The notes under the pieces were generated by a model. That model was not told the origin of the DNA. It saw nothing but the letters and a program-made list of their open reading frames with translations, and did no database searches. A DNA stretch of 64,000 bases from Blepharisma stoltei ATCC 30299. Its lineage: Eukaryota; Protista; Ciliophora. Position numbers and translations under genes: made by a program. Each line of letters begins with the position of its first letter. Position 1 is the first letter of the stretch. Positions 22,726-37,940 of the stretch are shown here, piece by piece. Location: NCBI GenBank assembly GCA_965603825.1, contig CBFDEM010000030.1:496001-560000 (forward strand). The letters are read 5' to 3'.

Positions 22726-24510
22726 ATGGAATTAGAATACGAAGAAGAAGACTTTTTAAGTGAGGTCGAAAGAAAAGCCAAACAAAACTTCCTGCGTGAA
22801 GAAATCTTAGACATGCATTATGACCCTAATCTCTTTACCCACTTCTGCGAAAGCAAGAAAACCGCAGACATTGACTGTTGGGAATTTGATGAACTCCAAG
22901 AATGTGTAAGAGAGTTTAAGCTCAAATACCGTCCAGGAGAAACATTAGAAGATTTAATTGAACAAAAGAAAAAAGAAGAGGAAAAAGAGAAAAAGATTAC
23001 GACGCCGTTTTTCAGTAAAAAACTCACCGATCCTGAAGAGTCGAAACAGCCAGAAATTCATAGAAAAACAGTTAAAAAGAATATAGAAGAAAGAAAAGTA
23101 GAAGAAAAGCCAAGAAATAGGGCTGGAGATATAATTGATCCTCTAGGATCTTTTAGCTCAGAAAGGAGAAATATCATGGTAGAAAAGCCAGCGCAAGAAG
23201 TCCCAAAGCAAAAGGAAGCTAAAAGTGAAAGCCCAAAACTGCAGACACCTTCTAGCACAACTCAGAAAAACTTACCTCCAAAGAGCCAAGAAGCTATTAA
23301 AGCTGAAAATAAGCCAGAGCCTAAAGAAATTTCTATCAAAACTGAGCCAGTTCTTGAAGAAAGAAAAGAAATACCTTCAGAAAACTATCAAAATGAAGTC
23401 TACGAAATATCAGTAAAATCAATACCTCCAAATGAAATTTCTGAATGCAAGACCTTAGAAGTTACTATCACCCAAGTTGAAGTTGTGCAAGGCGGCTTTC
23501 TTACTTCAGATTATGTAGAGTATGATGTCTGTACATTGCCATTTAAATGGCATGTTAAAAGAAGATATAGAGACTTTTACTGGCTAAGGCAAATGCTCTG
23601 CTTTGCATTCCCTGGAATTTATATTGCTCCAATTCCTCATAAAAAGGCCAGAGGGAACTTAAAAGAGACCACAATTTTTAAAAGAAAAAAATTTTTAAAT
23701 CAATATATTTCAGCATTGATTAGAAATCCGTTAACGAGGCGATCTGAGTATTTTTTACGATTTTTAAAAGAAGATAACCAAGAAGTATTTAATAATTATA
23801 AAGAGCAATGCAAAGCATTGCTAAATCCTGCAGAATCACTGCCAGAAATTGTAAGCATAACCGGAAAAGTCACCTGCGATCTTTCAGACAAAACAAAATC
23901 AATTGACCAAATCAAAAAATACATAACTTATGCAGAAGCCCTAAAAAAGCGACTCAAAAAACAAGAGCTGAACCTCAGAAACAGCCTTATCCAAGTTTCT
24001 GAATCTCTAAACAGCTATAACGAGCTCATCAAACAAATGGAAGCTATCCAAGACATTTTACCTTGCAATAAACCTAACAAAGAGGCCTATTCCTCTATCC
24101 AAAAATCATTACTCGATCTATCAGCTCAGCATCTTGAGAAAGCCAAAAATGTTAAAGAATATTTTGGCATGCATTTTAGTTACTTTTATGACGAGCTTAA
24201 TGCCATTAAAGATCTTATAAAAGATCGAGATGCCCGATTTTCTGAATATAAAAGAATAGAACTTAAAAATCTTGGGAATGAAAATGGGCTAAAAAATATT
24301 TATGCATATCTGAATCATCAAGTGACTGAAGAAGTGGAAAGGGTAGCTATAGATAATGTTTTGCTTAATAATATTCATTTTTGGGAAATGGCAAGAAAAG
24401 AAGCTGATGATACTATTCAATATCACCTTATTTGGGGCACTTTAATGGTAAAACTTGCTGAGGCGAGAAAAACTATTCCACCAAGACCTTATATAACAGT
24501 TAAAAAATAA
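22726..24510 (+). CDS. PX-domain sorting nexin with BAR-like C-terminus
   Basis: VKRRYRDFYWLR...FPG.YIAPIP.K PX motif followed by coiled-coil helices. Confidence 0.88.
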   Translation: MELEYEEEDFLSEVERKAKQNFLREEILDMHYDPNLFTHFCESKKTADIDCWEFDELQECVREFKLKYRPGETLEDLIEQKKKEEEKEKKITTPFFSKKLTDPEESKQPEIHRKTVKKNIEERKVEEKPRNRAGDIIDPLGSFSSERRNIMVEKPAQEVPKQKEAKSESPKLQTPSSTTQKNLPPKSQEAIKAENKPEPKEISIKTEPVLEERKEIPSENYQNEVYEISVKSIPPNEISECKTLEVTITQVEVVQGGFLTSDYVEYDVCTLPFKWHVKRRYRDFYWLRQMLCFAFPGIYIAPIPHKKARGNLKETTIFKRKKFLNQYISALIRNPLTRRSEYFLRFLKEDNQEVFNNYKEQCKALLNPAESLPEIVSITGKVTCDLSDKTKSIDQIKKYITYAEALKKRLKKQELNLRNSLIQVSESLNSYNELIKQMEAIQDILPCNKPNKEAYSSIQKSLLDLSAQHLEKAKNVKEYFGMHFSYFYDELNAIKDLIKDRDARFSEYKRIELKNLGNENGLKNIYAYLNHQVTEEVERVAIDNVLLNNIHFWEMARKEADDTIQYHLIWGTLMVKLAEARKTIPPRPYITVKK

Positions 24511-24643
24511 TTTATTATGGCTTCAAATTCATTATTTAAAAAACTAGGTAAGAGTAATATTATTAAGCCGATTTTTTGCCTGTAGACTTTATATACATTT
24601 TCTGGTAATTCAAGTATAAAAACTTAACTTTATTAATCAAAAA

Positions 24644-27600
24644 ATGGACAACAAAGAACTTGAAGTCGAGGATGAAAAATTATCTGAAGCTGAAGAACAT
24701 AAAACAAACATCTTTCAACGTATGTGGAGAGGTCTCAAGTCAGCACTTATGGGAACCTTATTTGTGATGGCAAAGGACAGCAGGGTGTCATTCAAAATGA
24801 ATCTATTGGGGATGCTTATAGACACTCTTCAGATACTCTCCTTCCCATTTAATGACCGAGCCGAGTTCCCTTGAAATAAAGAATATTCAGAGCTGTTTGC
24901 AGAGATCTGTTATTACATAAAATTTGAGTTCTATATATCAGAAGAAAATGCCTTACAAAATTTAATAATATATTTGTGCTGCATGTTTTTTGTCTTTGCA
25001 AATTTGCTTAATTTTGGAATTGTTGGATACCGATTTATCAATAAAAAAGTCCAAAATGTCGTTTTACTAAAAACCCTCAGATCGGTTTCCTCACTTATGA
25101 CGACATTATTGTATTTGCCATTTCAGACACTTTTTATTATCATTTTAAGCTGCGCTGTAGGCGCAATGGATTTTGAAGGATGCCCGAAAGAGCAAAGCTG
25201 GCTGCTTATAGCCTCATCTACAATAATTTCAATCATATTTGGACTATTAAGTCTTATAGTCGCTGCAAGTTTTTATGAATTAGAATACACAAGTGAAGAC
25301 GTAGCTGCACGCCCACATGCAAGGGTCGAGCTCTTATTTTTGGTAACCAAAGCAGCAATTATTTTCTTTTTTAATTTTTATTACGAAAAAGAATACTATT
25401 GGATGCTTGATATCATCCTTTTGGTGTCTGGTATCACAATTACTTATCTGTATCTCTATTATATGCCCTTTTACGATTATCGGACTTGTGTTATCCAAAC
25501 TCGGTTTTTGGCAATTTTCACTTGGGCAGGCATTTGTTTAGCAATAGCTCTGATTATTGACAACCATGAAGATCCAGCCCCAGTAACAATGTTTTATATT
25601 GGGATCCCGTGTTGGTGGATTTTAATTGGTGAAGCTTGCAATTGGAGACGTCGAGTGCTATTAAATAAAACTATAAATACTATCAGGAATCCTTATGAGG
25701 TCGAGCTTCATACAAGATTTATGATACTAGACAGAGTGGGGTCTTATAAGACCAAAGACACCCAGCTTTTAGACGAAATTGAAGAATTTTATTATCAAGC
25801 TGAAAGAAAGTTCCCGAAATCAAGCATTTTAAAGATCTTTGTCGCACAATTCCATTTAACTTATAAAAACCGCCAAGAAGCCATACCAAAGCTAGAGCAA
25901 GCTGAAGAAAGAAGCCCAAAGCTTGATGAACAGTTTATTATTTATAAAACAAGGCAACACGTCGGAAAAGACGCAATCACAATGGTCACTTTTGCGAGCT
26001 ATTTGGAATCAGCCCATATTGCAGAAGTACAGTCATTGTCGGCGCAGACTGAGTTTTGGAGGGAGCTTGGAAAAAATAAAGCACCAAGCTTTGATAACTT
26101 GACGAGGCTTGCGAAGACGATCACGAAGAATTTTGATACGGCGTATAGTCATTATCAGTATTTGATGAATGTAGATAGGACAAATAAGAAAATGCTGCCA
26201 ATGTATGTGTATTTTTTGCAGGATTTAATGCATAGAGACGATTTGGAGGTCAGAAATTTGAGAAATAGGGTTCATGATATTAGAGCCCAGGATTCAGTCA
26301 AAGTAGTATCAAAAGATATATTTTTAATCAACCCTGAAGTAGAAATCACATGCTCAGGCCATGCAATTGGGCTGATTGAAAAAGTTAACTCAAGCTTCCT
26401 ATTGTGGCTACAGTACCCTAAAGCTTTATTAATAAACCAAAACATAATCAGATTTATGCCAGATCCGTTCGGTAGAGACTTTTTAGCAAGAATTGACGCC
26501 TTCCAAGACTATTGGGAAGACTTAAACGAAATTTCTCCTGATGACGTATATTTCATTGATAAAGATGGCTACATAGTATCAGCCCCATGCAAGCTTATTA
26601 TAGCCAATGATGACCTAATAAACAGACGAAAAAGTATGGTCACAAAAGACTTGCTAAAAGACGATGACACTACTAACAACAGCAATCTTTTACAAGACGA
26701 CTCCAAGCTTGGAAACACTGCTGACGCAATCGCCTATTACCAGCGGCCTATGTTCCCTGATCTTGCCAACAAGCTAGCCTGCCAATTTTCTATAAGTGAC
26801 GATGACGTCGCTTTATTAATCATCAATTCAGACATGAAAATAATTTATTTCAATCGACAAGCCCATTTTTACTTCGGGGTGATCCCTGATTTGCATGGGC
26901 ACAAAGATATTTCAGAAATCATTGCGAACTTTAAAATGATATTTGAAAGGTCTAAAATAAAAATTAAAACGAGAACTGGGAGGCATTTAGACTATGAACC
27001 TGTACAGTCCTTTGTATTGACTCCTAATGGGAGATATTTAAAAGTGGTTTTTAATATTTCTGAGCATTGTATAGAAAAAAATGTATTTTATATTATTAAT
27101 ATGACAGAAGCGCCGCCCTACTCAAAATCAACTAATTTATTTTTAGCTCATTTTTCAAGAGTAATAGAATCTGCACTTATGAGGAGAAATACCAGGATTG
27201 AATCAGCTGTGGTAAACCCTGAGAGCACAGAAAATGGTTTAAAAAGCACAAAAAAGATATTGATGTCGCTTAGGAAACAAATAGAAGAAAAAAACCGAGG
27301 CTTTTCTCCAGAGCTGAACAGGCTTAATTTATATTTTTTGCTTTTTGGGGTATTTATGATAGTTGTTTTCAGTGTGAATTTTTATATTGTGGAGGTTTCA
27401 TTTGATACTTATACTGATAGGTTAGATTATATGAGCAGTTTAACTGATATACAAAATTATAGTGTTTTATTATCCTTTTTTGTTAGGCTTCTTGATGCTA
27501 ACCAAAGAGGCCTAAAAATGCCAGAAGATACTAATTCAATAATAACTCAAGCAAGCTATGCAGCTTTAAACCTAAGCAATTTAGCCTCAGACATGAGCAA

Positions 27601-29125
27601 CCATGTAAGTTTTACCTGGCTTCAAAACTCTGAAATCAATTGTCTAAGCTACGACACAGCTAAAGGCTACTATATTGACAACTTCAACCCTATAAATAGC
27701 ATAATGCAACAAGTCACATTTACAAAAAAACTAATAAAATCAGACCTTAACGATTGAGATGTAGAAACAAACCCTACATCTTACTGGGTTTTCGAAAACG
27801 GTATGACTTCTATTGCCACCGCTCTTGACTATTTAGCTGACAAATACAACGATAAAGCTTATGATGACCGAGAAAATACCTTATTATTTGGAGTCTGATT
27901 CGCATTGGCAGAAGTTATGCTTGTTTTCATTTTATTGCTATTTGTGCTGCCTTTATTTTTTAAATCAGAAAGAATTCATTTAGAAGTGGTCGGCGTATTT
28001 TTCAGCATAAATCAAAAATTAGTATCTTATTTAGAAGAAGACACTATCAATAAATTAAGTATGAGAAAAGATAAATCATACCCAGACTGCAGATCACAAT
28101 ATAGAGCTGGAGAAGAATTATGAAATGAAATTGTTTTTTCTGATATAAAAAAAGCTGAACTCGGATCTTTTACAGATAAAAGACATAAACTGATAGCTCA
28201 TAATAAAAGATGCATTTCAAGGCTGAAATTAATTTTCACAAATGGGCTTATGAGAAGTATTTGGCTGTTTTGCATAATTTCGCTTATATATGTGCTGGTT
28301 TTCCAGCTTTGGGTAGGGGAGTTAATCCCTCTTAATTTATTAGAGCATGGGGTCAGAATTGTGAAATATTTTGGGACAATGGATATTCTGCTAACTAGAA
28401 GCAATCTTTTCCTTATTAACATTGTGATGTCAACTATGCAAGGCTATGATAATATCACAGAACTAAATGGGACATATCCAAACGCTTATTTATCAATTGA
28501 TTATGCTTCAAAAGAATTTTTAAATGAAACTGATAATTTAAGAAACTTCATGGAAGCTTTACTTGTAGGGAATAACACCATGAATATGCCTTATAAAGAT
28601 ATTTACTCTTTATCTAGAAGTGATTTTTATAATGATTTATTTGTGGATAGCTGTGAATCGTTAGTTTCAGGGCTGGACTGTAGCGCTTTAGATGACATTC
28701 TTAATTCAGGCTACAGGGAATCTATTATGACTTTTATTTTTGACTCAGAATTTTTAGCTAAAAAAACATATATAGATATGATAGATTCTACTATAGAAGA
28801 AAGATGAGAAGCTTTGGATTATGATTTATTAAGAACTCTCCAGCTAGAATATAAGTTCTTGTGGCTTATGGGAAAAGGTGTCCAAAACAATGTGCTGGAT
28901 TATTTTCATAATACTTTGGACGCTTATTATTTAGTCAGGCAGTGGGTGCTGATATTTTTTTGTATAACAACTTTCTTTTATTATATCCTTATTTTTAGAA
29001 AAGCATTGGCAAGGCAGGAAAGGAGAAGGAAGCTATCAAGGTCGATGCTGCTACTTTTGCCTGAAAAAATCGTGGTAAGGTCACAAGAAGTACAAGATTA
29101 TTTGTGTCATATAAATTTAGATTAA
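24644..29125 (+). CDS. TmcB/TmcC-like multi-pass membrane PAS-domain protein, 1493 aa
   Basis: Five ORFs join in frame through five TGA codons to TAA 29123-29125. N-terminal TM block (YMPFY), TPR-like region (FWREL), PAS (LINQNI..FMP.PF), C-terminal TMs. Confidence 0.82.
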
Positions 29126-29340
29126 TTGAAAAAATAAGTCATTTATAAATTTACAAGATAAATAAGCTTTTAAACATGAGTAGCTCAGTGTCCATATTTT
29201 TAACTTCAATGGTGTGGAATTATTTTTCGCGGCAAAGTTGCTATATCTTCATGTAAAGCAAAACACATATAAAATAAAAACTTGATAAATTTTAATAGTC
29301 TTGTTTTAAAGCCGTTTATTATTAGTATAAATATATCAAG

Positions 29341-30159
29341 ATGGGCTCTCAAGTTTCTAATCTCTGTTTGAAATGCTTTGATCCTTCAAGAGACAATATT
29401 GAATATGAAAATATCCCAACCTCAAATGACTCTACAGTTGTAGAGCTACTTGATATCAAAAGTCATGAAGAACCTTTAAGGCCTGAAACTCAGCACAATA
29501 ATCTTTCAGTGTTAGAAAAGCCTCAGGAAAATACGAATATCCTACATGTCGCAATAGAAGAAGCTAAAAAAGAGTTCTTAGCCTATGCAAATTCCCCAAT
29601 GAGTCACGATGACTGTGAAGAACTACATAACAAGGATGGTTACACAATTTATGGAAAAGACCTTGAAAGAGGATTTATTTTGAAATCCCAATGGAAAATC
29701 CCTTATACACCTTCTGAATACCTTGGACTATTTTTAAATTTAGACGAAAGAGTCAAATGGGATCCTCATATCCAAGAAATCAAGCTAATTTCAAAGGATA
29801 ATGATGGGTATGCAATGACTCATACAAAATTGAAAAAACACCCCGTGGTTTCTCAAAGAGACATTGTTTCTGAGTCAAAATTATTTCACCTAGACGATGG
29901 GATGCTTATTGTCAGCAAATCCTGTGAGCATCCTGATTACCCAGCTACAAAAGATATGGTAAGAATGATACTTTTTTTAACAGGATATTATGTACAGCCA
30001 ATCGAAGAAGACGAAGAAGGAAATAAGTCTAAAGTTTTCAATGTTATAAAAATCGACTTTGGAGGGTCTTTTCCTCAAAAAATGGTTAAAAAAGCAAATG
30101 TGCTGGAAGTTCAAAAAATGAATAAAGCAATTTTAAAAGTGTTAAAGAATAAAGCATAA
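29341..30159 (+). CDS. START-domain lipid-binding protein
   Basis: R.KWD, VSQRDIV, S.EHPDYP...VR and DFGGSFP motifs; MG...CLKC acylation-type N-terminus. Confidence 0.88.
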   Translation: MGSQVSNLCLKCFDPSRDNIEYENIPTSNDSTVVELLDIKSHEEPLRPETQHNNLSVLEKPQENTNILHVAIEEAKKEFLAYANSPMSHDDCEELHNKDGYTIYGKDLERGFILKSQWKIPYTPSEYLGLFLNLDERVKWDPHIQEIKLISKDNDGYAMTHTKLKKHPVVSQRDIVSESKLFHLDDGMLIVSKSCEHPDYPATKDMVRMILFLTGYYVQPIEEDEEGNKSKVFNVIKIDFGGSFPQKMVKKANVLEVQKMNKAILKVLKNKA

Positions 30160-30257
30160 AATATTAACAAAATTTGGTTTTTTATATTTATACCCGAAAA
30201 AATTACTAATCTATACATAATAAATACATCACTGCCATTTTCAATATTAATTTTATA

Positions 30258-31307
30258 ATGCGACGAAACTCATCTTGCCTTGAAATGCTCAAAGAATGCA
30301 AGCAATCTCCGTCAGGCCGCCTCAGTGCAGAGCTTTTCCCACGGCGACACTCAGTTCACAGTCCTCTTATTTCCTTCCAAGTTCAAACACCTAAGCTCTG
30401 AAAATTTTCTAAATCCCCATCCCCTACAAGCCAAAGTTCCGTTTCCTCCAAAGTCCAATTTGAAATTAGTCGTATAATTGCCCATCGTAAAAATCCTACC
30501 ATTGATAATGAGCCAAATATAGAAGAAAATAGCTTTGAAAATAAATATAACCAAACAGAAGGCAAGTTTACCAGTAAATTTGCAGGGACTTTTACAATCC
30601 CTCGATCAAAATTTCAATTAATATCAGGTCCTGACTGATCTCCTCCTTCAGAAAAAACCAAAGATATTGTTCCTCAGGTATTTGAGGAAATTCAGCTTGT
30701 ATCTATAAATTCACAAAAGTATACACAACATTTAAAAACTTTCCATAAGAATAAGCCACAAAAAAAATATATTGCAAGCCTCAAAAAAAGTCTGAGAGAA
30801 ATGAAAAATCTCAAATTAAGCGCAGATGATATTTGGAGGATGAACAAAATCATCCCAAAAGAGCCATATCATAGACCTGGCGCTAAAGAGTTTATTCAAG
30901 CATGCAAAGAAGGTGATGAAATCAAAGCCATGGCAATGGTTGCTGAAGACAAGCATATACTGCATGTTTTTGATTCTATGGGAATGACTGGGCTCCATTG
31001 AGCCTGCATACGAAATTATGTAAATTTGGCTAGGTTTCTGTTGAGCAATAAAGCATATGTAAATAGCTCAGATTATGTAAATTTTATATAGTGCCATAGA
31101 ACTCCTATGCATTTGGCTGCAAAAATTGGAAGTGAAAGACTGATAAATTTATTGATCGAATATAAAGCGGATCCATTGAAATTTAGCAATGGCAAAAAAT
31201 TGCCGGTTCATATGACGAAAAATGAAGCAATTAAAATTAGAATAAGAAGATATATGATGGTAAAAATTATATAGGAAAATTATGTACAGCAATTTAAGAA
31301 AAAATAA
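30258..31307 (+). CDS. ankyrin-repeat protein
   Basis: ATG 30258, three TGA(Trp) including GMTGLH[TGA]AC, RTPMHLAA; introns 31077-31091 and 31260-31274; TAA 31305-31307. Confidence 0.82.
31077..31091 (+). other. 15-nt intron (gtaaattttatatag)
   Basis: GT-AG, A10, in-frame TAG within an ankyrin repeat. Confidence 0.88.
31260..31274 (+). other. 15-nt intron (gtaaaaattatatag)
   Basis: GT-AG, A10, in-frame TAG; leaves a 10-codon last exon. Confidence 0.72.
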
Positions 31308-32408
31308 GTTAGCAATATTCTTTTATGTATAGAGATATTCAAGAATATATCTAAAAAATTAAAAATCAAGAGTAACCATTGTAATTAATTTTTTCGTAAA
31401 ATGTTTTTGGTAAATTATGTGATTAATGATGGATTGCTTTTATTACTAAACTTATATAATTTTTCGTTTAAAATAATTGTAAATATAATTTATGCCTGCT
31501 TTAAATATAAAAAAAATCACGTCCATTTTAACTAAGTAATTGTCTATTGCAATTTAGGTATTTTTCATTTATGTTTTCAATAGTAAATAAATTTATAATA
31601 AAAATGTGTTGAGTAATCATAAGTTTTATCAGGAAGATTTTTTGTTGTGATAAAGAAGAGAAAGACGATTATCCTAACTCTCAAGGCAATAATAGCTATG
31701 AACGGCCAAGAGGTGGATGTGGGAGGTAAAAGAGAACTATGAATTGCTATGAGCAATGTGAAGGATAAGTCATAAAAACTTGGCTTATTTGGAGAGCTCA
31801 ATTTAGGTAATTCATCATAAATAAGTTTGATCAAGTTAATTATTAATTTCTAAAAGCTCCATTAAAACATGCAGTAATCAAAATCGCTGAAAATTTTTTA
31901 AACTCAGAAAAGTTTAAATTTCCTTATCATTATTATCTCATTTTATTTTAATTTCTCAAGTCAATTTTAGAAAAATAGAATGCACTTTCAGTTTTTCAGC
32001 CGTTTTTAATGGTCTGAAATAATATTTGGATTTGAAAAATGATATCAAAAAATCATCAGTTGTAATTATCTTTATATTTTCCTACTATTCTACGTAATTA
32101 TGCATTTATTCTAGCTCTTAATCTTTTGAAAACTATTTTTTAATTATGACTTCAATAATTAAATATATTTTAGTTATATCTTCCTAAATTTTATATAATT
32201 GCATTAGCTATTATCTGAGGAAATAAGAACTTGAATTATTCAAAAATTACTAATTATTAAGATAGAAAATTTTCCTCTCTGCAATAATTAAGCAATCAAT
32301 AAACATTTAATGATTGTATTACAAATGATCGCAAGAAATTACAAGTTCCTATATAATTATCTCCATTATCTTCCACTTATTTAATCCATCCACATTTATA
32401 AAAGTTTA

Positions 32409-33935
32409 ATGTCGGTGCTACGCAGATCATTCGCTTCCGTCATTGAAAACAAGCTTTTAATCAAAGACAAATGGGTCAGCTCTAAAGCCAGCAAATGGTT
32501 TGACGTCAAAGACCCAGCAACCCAAGAAGTTGTCGCAAGAGTTCCACAATGCACCCAGTCCGAGTTCGACCAAGCCGTCTCCAGTGCCAAAGAAACCTTC
32601 AAAACCTGGCGAAACGTCCCTGTCTTAACCCGGCTCAGATATATGAGAAAATATTTAGACCTCTTAAACGCTAACCTAGAAAACCTAGCAGGTATAATTA
32701 CACGAGAAAATGGCAAAGTCCTGGCTGATTCCCGAGGAGACGTCATCCGAGGTATAGAAGTAGTCGAGCACACCCTGTCCTTTGGCTCTTTACTACAAGG
32801 TGAATCTATGGAAAATCTCGCAAAAGACCTTGACACTTATTCATATAGACACCCATTAGGCGTCTGTGCAGGAATCACTCCATTCAATTTCCCTGCTATG
32901 ATTCCTCTCTGGATGTACCCAGTAGCTGCTGCATGTGGAAATACCTATGTATTAAAACCATCAGAAAAAGTAGCAACCACCTGTGAAAAAATGGGCGAAC
33001 TTTTCTTAGAAGCTGGTTTCCCTCATGGTGTTCTCAATATTGTCCACGGAGGAAAAGACACAGTTGACATGATCTGCAAACACCCTGACATTAAAGCAAT
33101 TTCCTTTGTAGGAGGAAACGACGCAGGAACTTATATCCACCAACAAGGCTCACATTATGGCAAAAGAGTCCAGTCTAATATGGGTGCGAAAAATCACGTC
33201 ATTGTGCTGCCTGATGCAGATAAAGAAGACGCTATTAATGCACTAGTAAGCAGCGTTTTTGGAGCGACAGGACAAAGATGTATGGCACTCAGCGTCATTG
33301 TTCTTGTTGGAGAAACTAAATCTTGGATCCCTGATTTAGTAGCTAAATCTAAAACACTTAAAGTCGGCCCTGGAAATGACCCAAAAACTGATGTAGGACC
33401 TTTAAATGCAGCTGGTCTTAAAGAAAGAGTTGAATCTTTAATTGCAAGTGGAGTCTCTGAAGGAGCCAAGCTATTATTAGACGGCCGAGGAGTCAAAGTT
33501 AATGGCTTTGAAAAAGGAAATTTCGTAGGACCAACTATTTTTGCTGATGTAAACGTAAACCAAAAAATCTATAAAGAAGAAATTTTTGGACCTGTTATGA
33601 CTATAATGACTGTAGACACATTGGAAGAGGCTATTGAATTAATCAATAGAAATCCTAATGGAAATGGGACTTCTATATTTACAAGCTCTGGAAGCAGCGC
33701 TAGGAAATTCCAAAGAGAAATTGAAGCTGGACAAGTCGGGATTAATGTGCCTATTCCTGTACCTTTGCCTATGTTCAGCTTTACTGGGAATAAAGGCTCA
33801 TTTAGAGGAGACTTGAACTTCTATGGAAAAGGAGCTATCAATTTCTTCACTCAATGGAAAACAATTACGTCTAGATGGAAAGAAGAGAACTCAGAAAAAT
33901 ATAAGTTGTCCACAGCTTTCCCTACAATGAAATAA
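32409..33935 (+). CDS. ALDH6A1: methylmalonate-semialdehyde dehydrogenase (mitochondrial)
   Basis: [38 protein letters not shown] and EIFGPV motifs; presequence MSVLRRSF. Confidence 0.95.
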   Translation: MSVLRRSFASVIENKLLIKDKWVSSKASKWFDVKDPATQEVVARVPQCTQSEFDQAVSSAKETFKTWRNVPVLTRLRYMRKYLDLLNANLENLAGIITRENGKVLADSRGDVIRGIEVVEHTLSFGSLLQGESMENLAKDLDTYSYRHPLGVCAGITPFNFPAMIPLWMYPVAAACGNTYVLKPSEKVATTCEKMGELFLEAGFPHGVLNIVHGGKDTVDMICKHPDIKAISFVGGNDAGTYIHQQGSHYGKRVQSNMGAKNHVIVLPDADKEDAINALVSSVFGATGQRCMALSVIVLVGETKSWIPDLVAKSKTLKVGPGNDPKTDVGPLNAAGLKERVESLIASGVSEGAKLLLDGRGVKVNGFEKGNFVGPTIFADVNVNQKIYKEEIFGPVMTIMTVDTLEEAIELINRNPNGNGTSIFTSSGSSARKFQREIEAGQVGINVPIPVPLPMFSFTGNKGSFRGDLNFYGKGAINFFTQWKTITSRWKEENSEKYKLSTAFPTMK

Positions 33936-34069
33936 GCTAATTCTTTCTCTAATTTTAAGCCTCATTTATATATGCTCCATTTATAAATTGTTCTATAATT
34001 TTCCACGCTTTTAACCTATATTAATTTTAAGCCTTTTCTTCCCACATTTCTTATAAATTTATACAAATT

Positions 34070-34927
34070 ATGCAAAGAGATCTGGAATTTATAGAGAAAG
34101 TTAAAAAAAATAAAGCCAATTTTCAGAAGCTGGCTCAAGAATATTTTTCACCTGACCTAGCGTTTATGCAGAATATCCCAAATTATATTAATCAAAATAA
34201 AAATCAATGATCTCAATCAAGAATGATAGAATCATCAAACTCCAATATACCTGAAAGCTCCCAAACTAATTTTACTCCTACAAATATTGAAAAACTCGAA
34301 AATAGCCCAAGAATTAATACAAACTTTGAGCTGCTTATCAACCAAAAAGGAACAATAAGACCAATTACTATAAGCAAACGATTAACAACTATAGGGGGTC
34401 GCGAGGAATCTGATGAAAAACTTGGTTATGCAGATACTAACGAATTGATTTTTACAGCAAGAAATGACAAACTTTTTGTGTCTGAAAGTGTATCTCCTTG
34501 ATATGAAGCGTCAATTAAAATAAGAACGTCGATTTTATATAAAGGAGCATCTTTTAAGATTGGAGATCAGCATTCTAATTTATTTATTGAAGAGGTCTAC
34601 CAAGACAGGTCAATTAAGCTAAAAATTGAGCCACATATGAAGGAGTCAATCATGCTAGGTAGAGATGGTGGGACTATTGGCAGGGGTCCAAAAAATAAAA
34701 TTTGTATAGAGGACTTTTCGATAGGAAAAGTCCAAGCTGAAATTAAATGCAACCAAGGAATTTGGATAATCAAAGATTTATTGCCTGCCTATGGGATTTT
34801 TAGGTATTTACACAATGCAAACTCTTTGGATAAACAAAAAAATTCTCCAGAAATTGAGGTCAAAGATGGGGATTTAATTAAACTGGAAAGCTCTGGCTTT
34901 GAAATTCATGTAGAAAACTCAGACTAA
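34070..34927 (+). CDS. FHA-like domain protein, 285 aa
   Basis: ATG 34070 joined through two TGA codons; two TIG(G)R-type starts and the W.IKD....G...DGDLIKL FHA pattern. Confidence 0.7.
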
Positions 34928-35061
34928 GAGGGTTAAACATTTTATAGGCTGGAATGTTTTAGAAATCAAATGTAAAACTCATACCACATATCTGGATTTA
35001 ATTAAGAAATTATATGAAATAAATGCTTGACAAGCTGAGATAAAATTAACTAATTTTCCTA

Positions 35062-37710
<2,649 letters not shown>

Positions 37711-37940
37711 ATAAATTTACTGTAAAATATTATTTATCCAAATTTATAATAAATATTTTTCAAGTTTCTTACAATAATTCATTATTTCTCTCAGACGATC
37801 TGAATCTTACTTGATTGGATTTATTAATAATATTTATATCTAATCTTTTTATATTTAATATCTCCTTATTCTTTCTTCACTCAAAAATAAACTCTCAAAA
37901 AGATTTATTTCTTATTTTTATTATAGCTATATTTGTCAAC

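Noticed and set aside
29180-29260. tRNA-like TAGCTCAGTG A-box
   Set aside because: No T-loop/B-box and no cloverleaf.
31577-31834. 85-aa ORF in the AT-rich intergenic region
   Set aside because: Non-ATG start and no motifs; at most a decayed fragment.
37815-37940. Hydrophobic N-terminal extension of the WD40/HMG ORF
   Set aside because: Starts at TTG in T-rich promoter-like DNA; ATG 37941 is the more plausible start.
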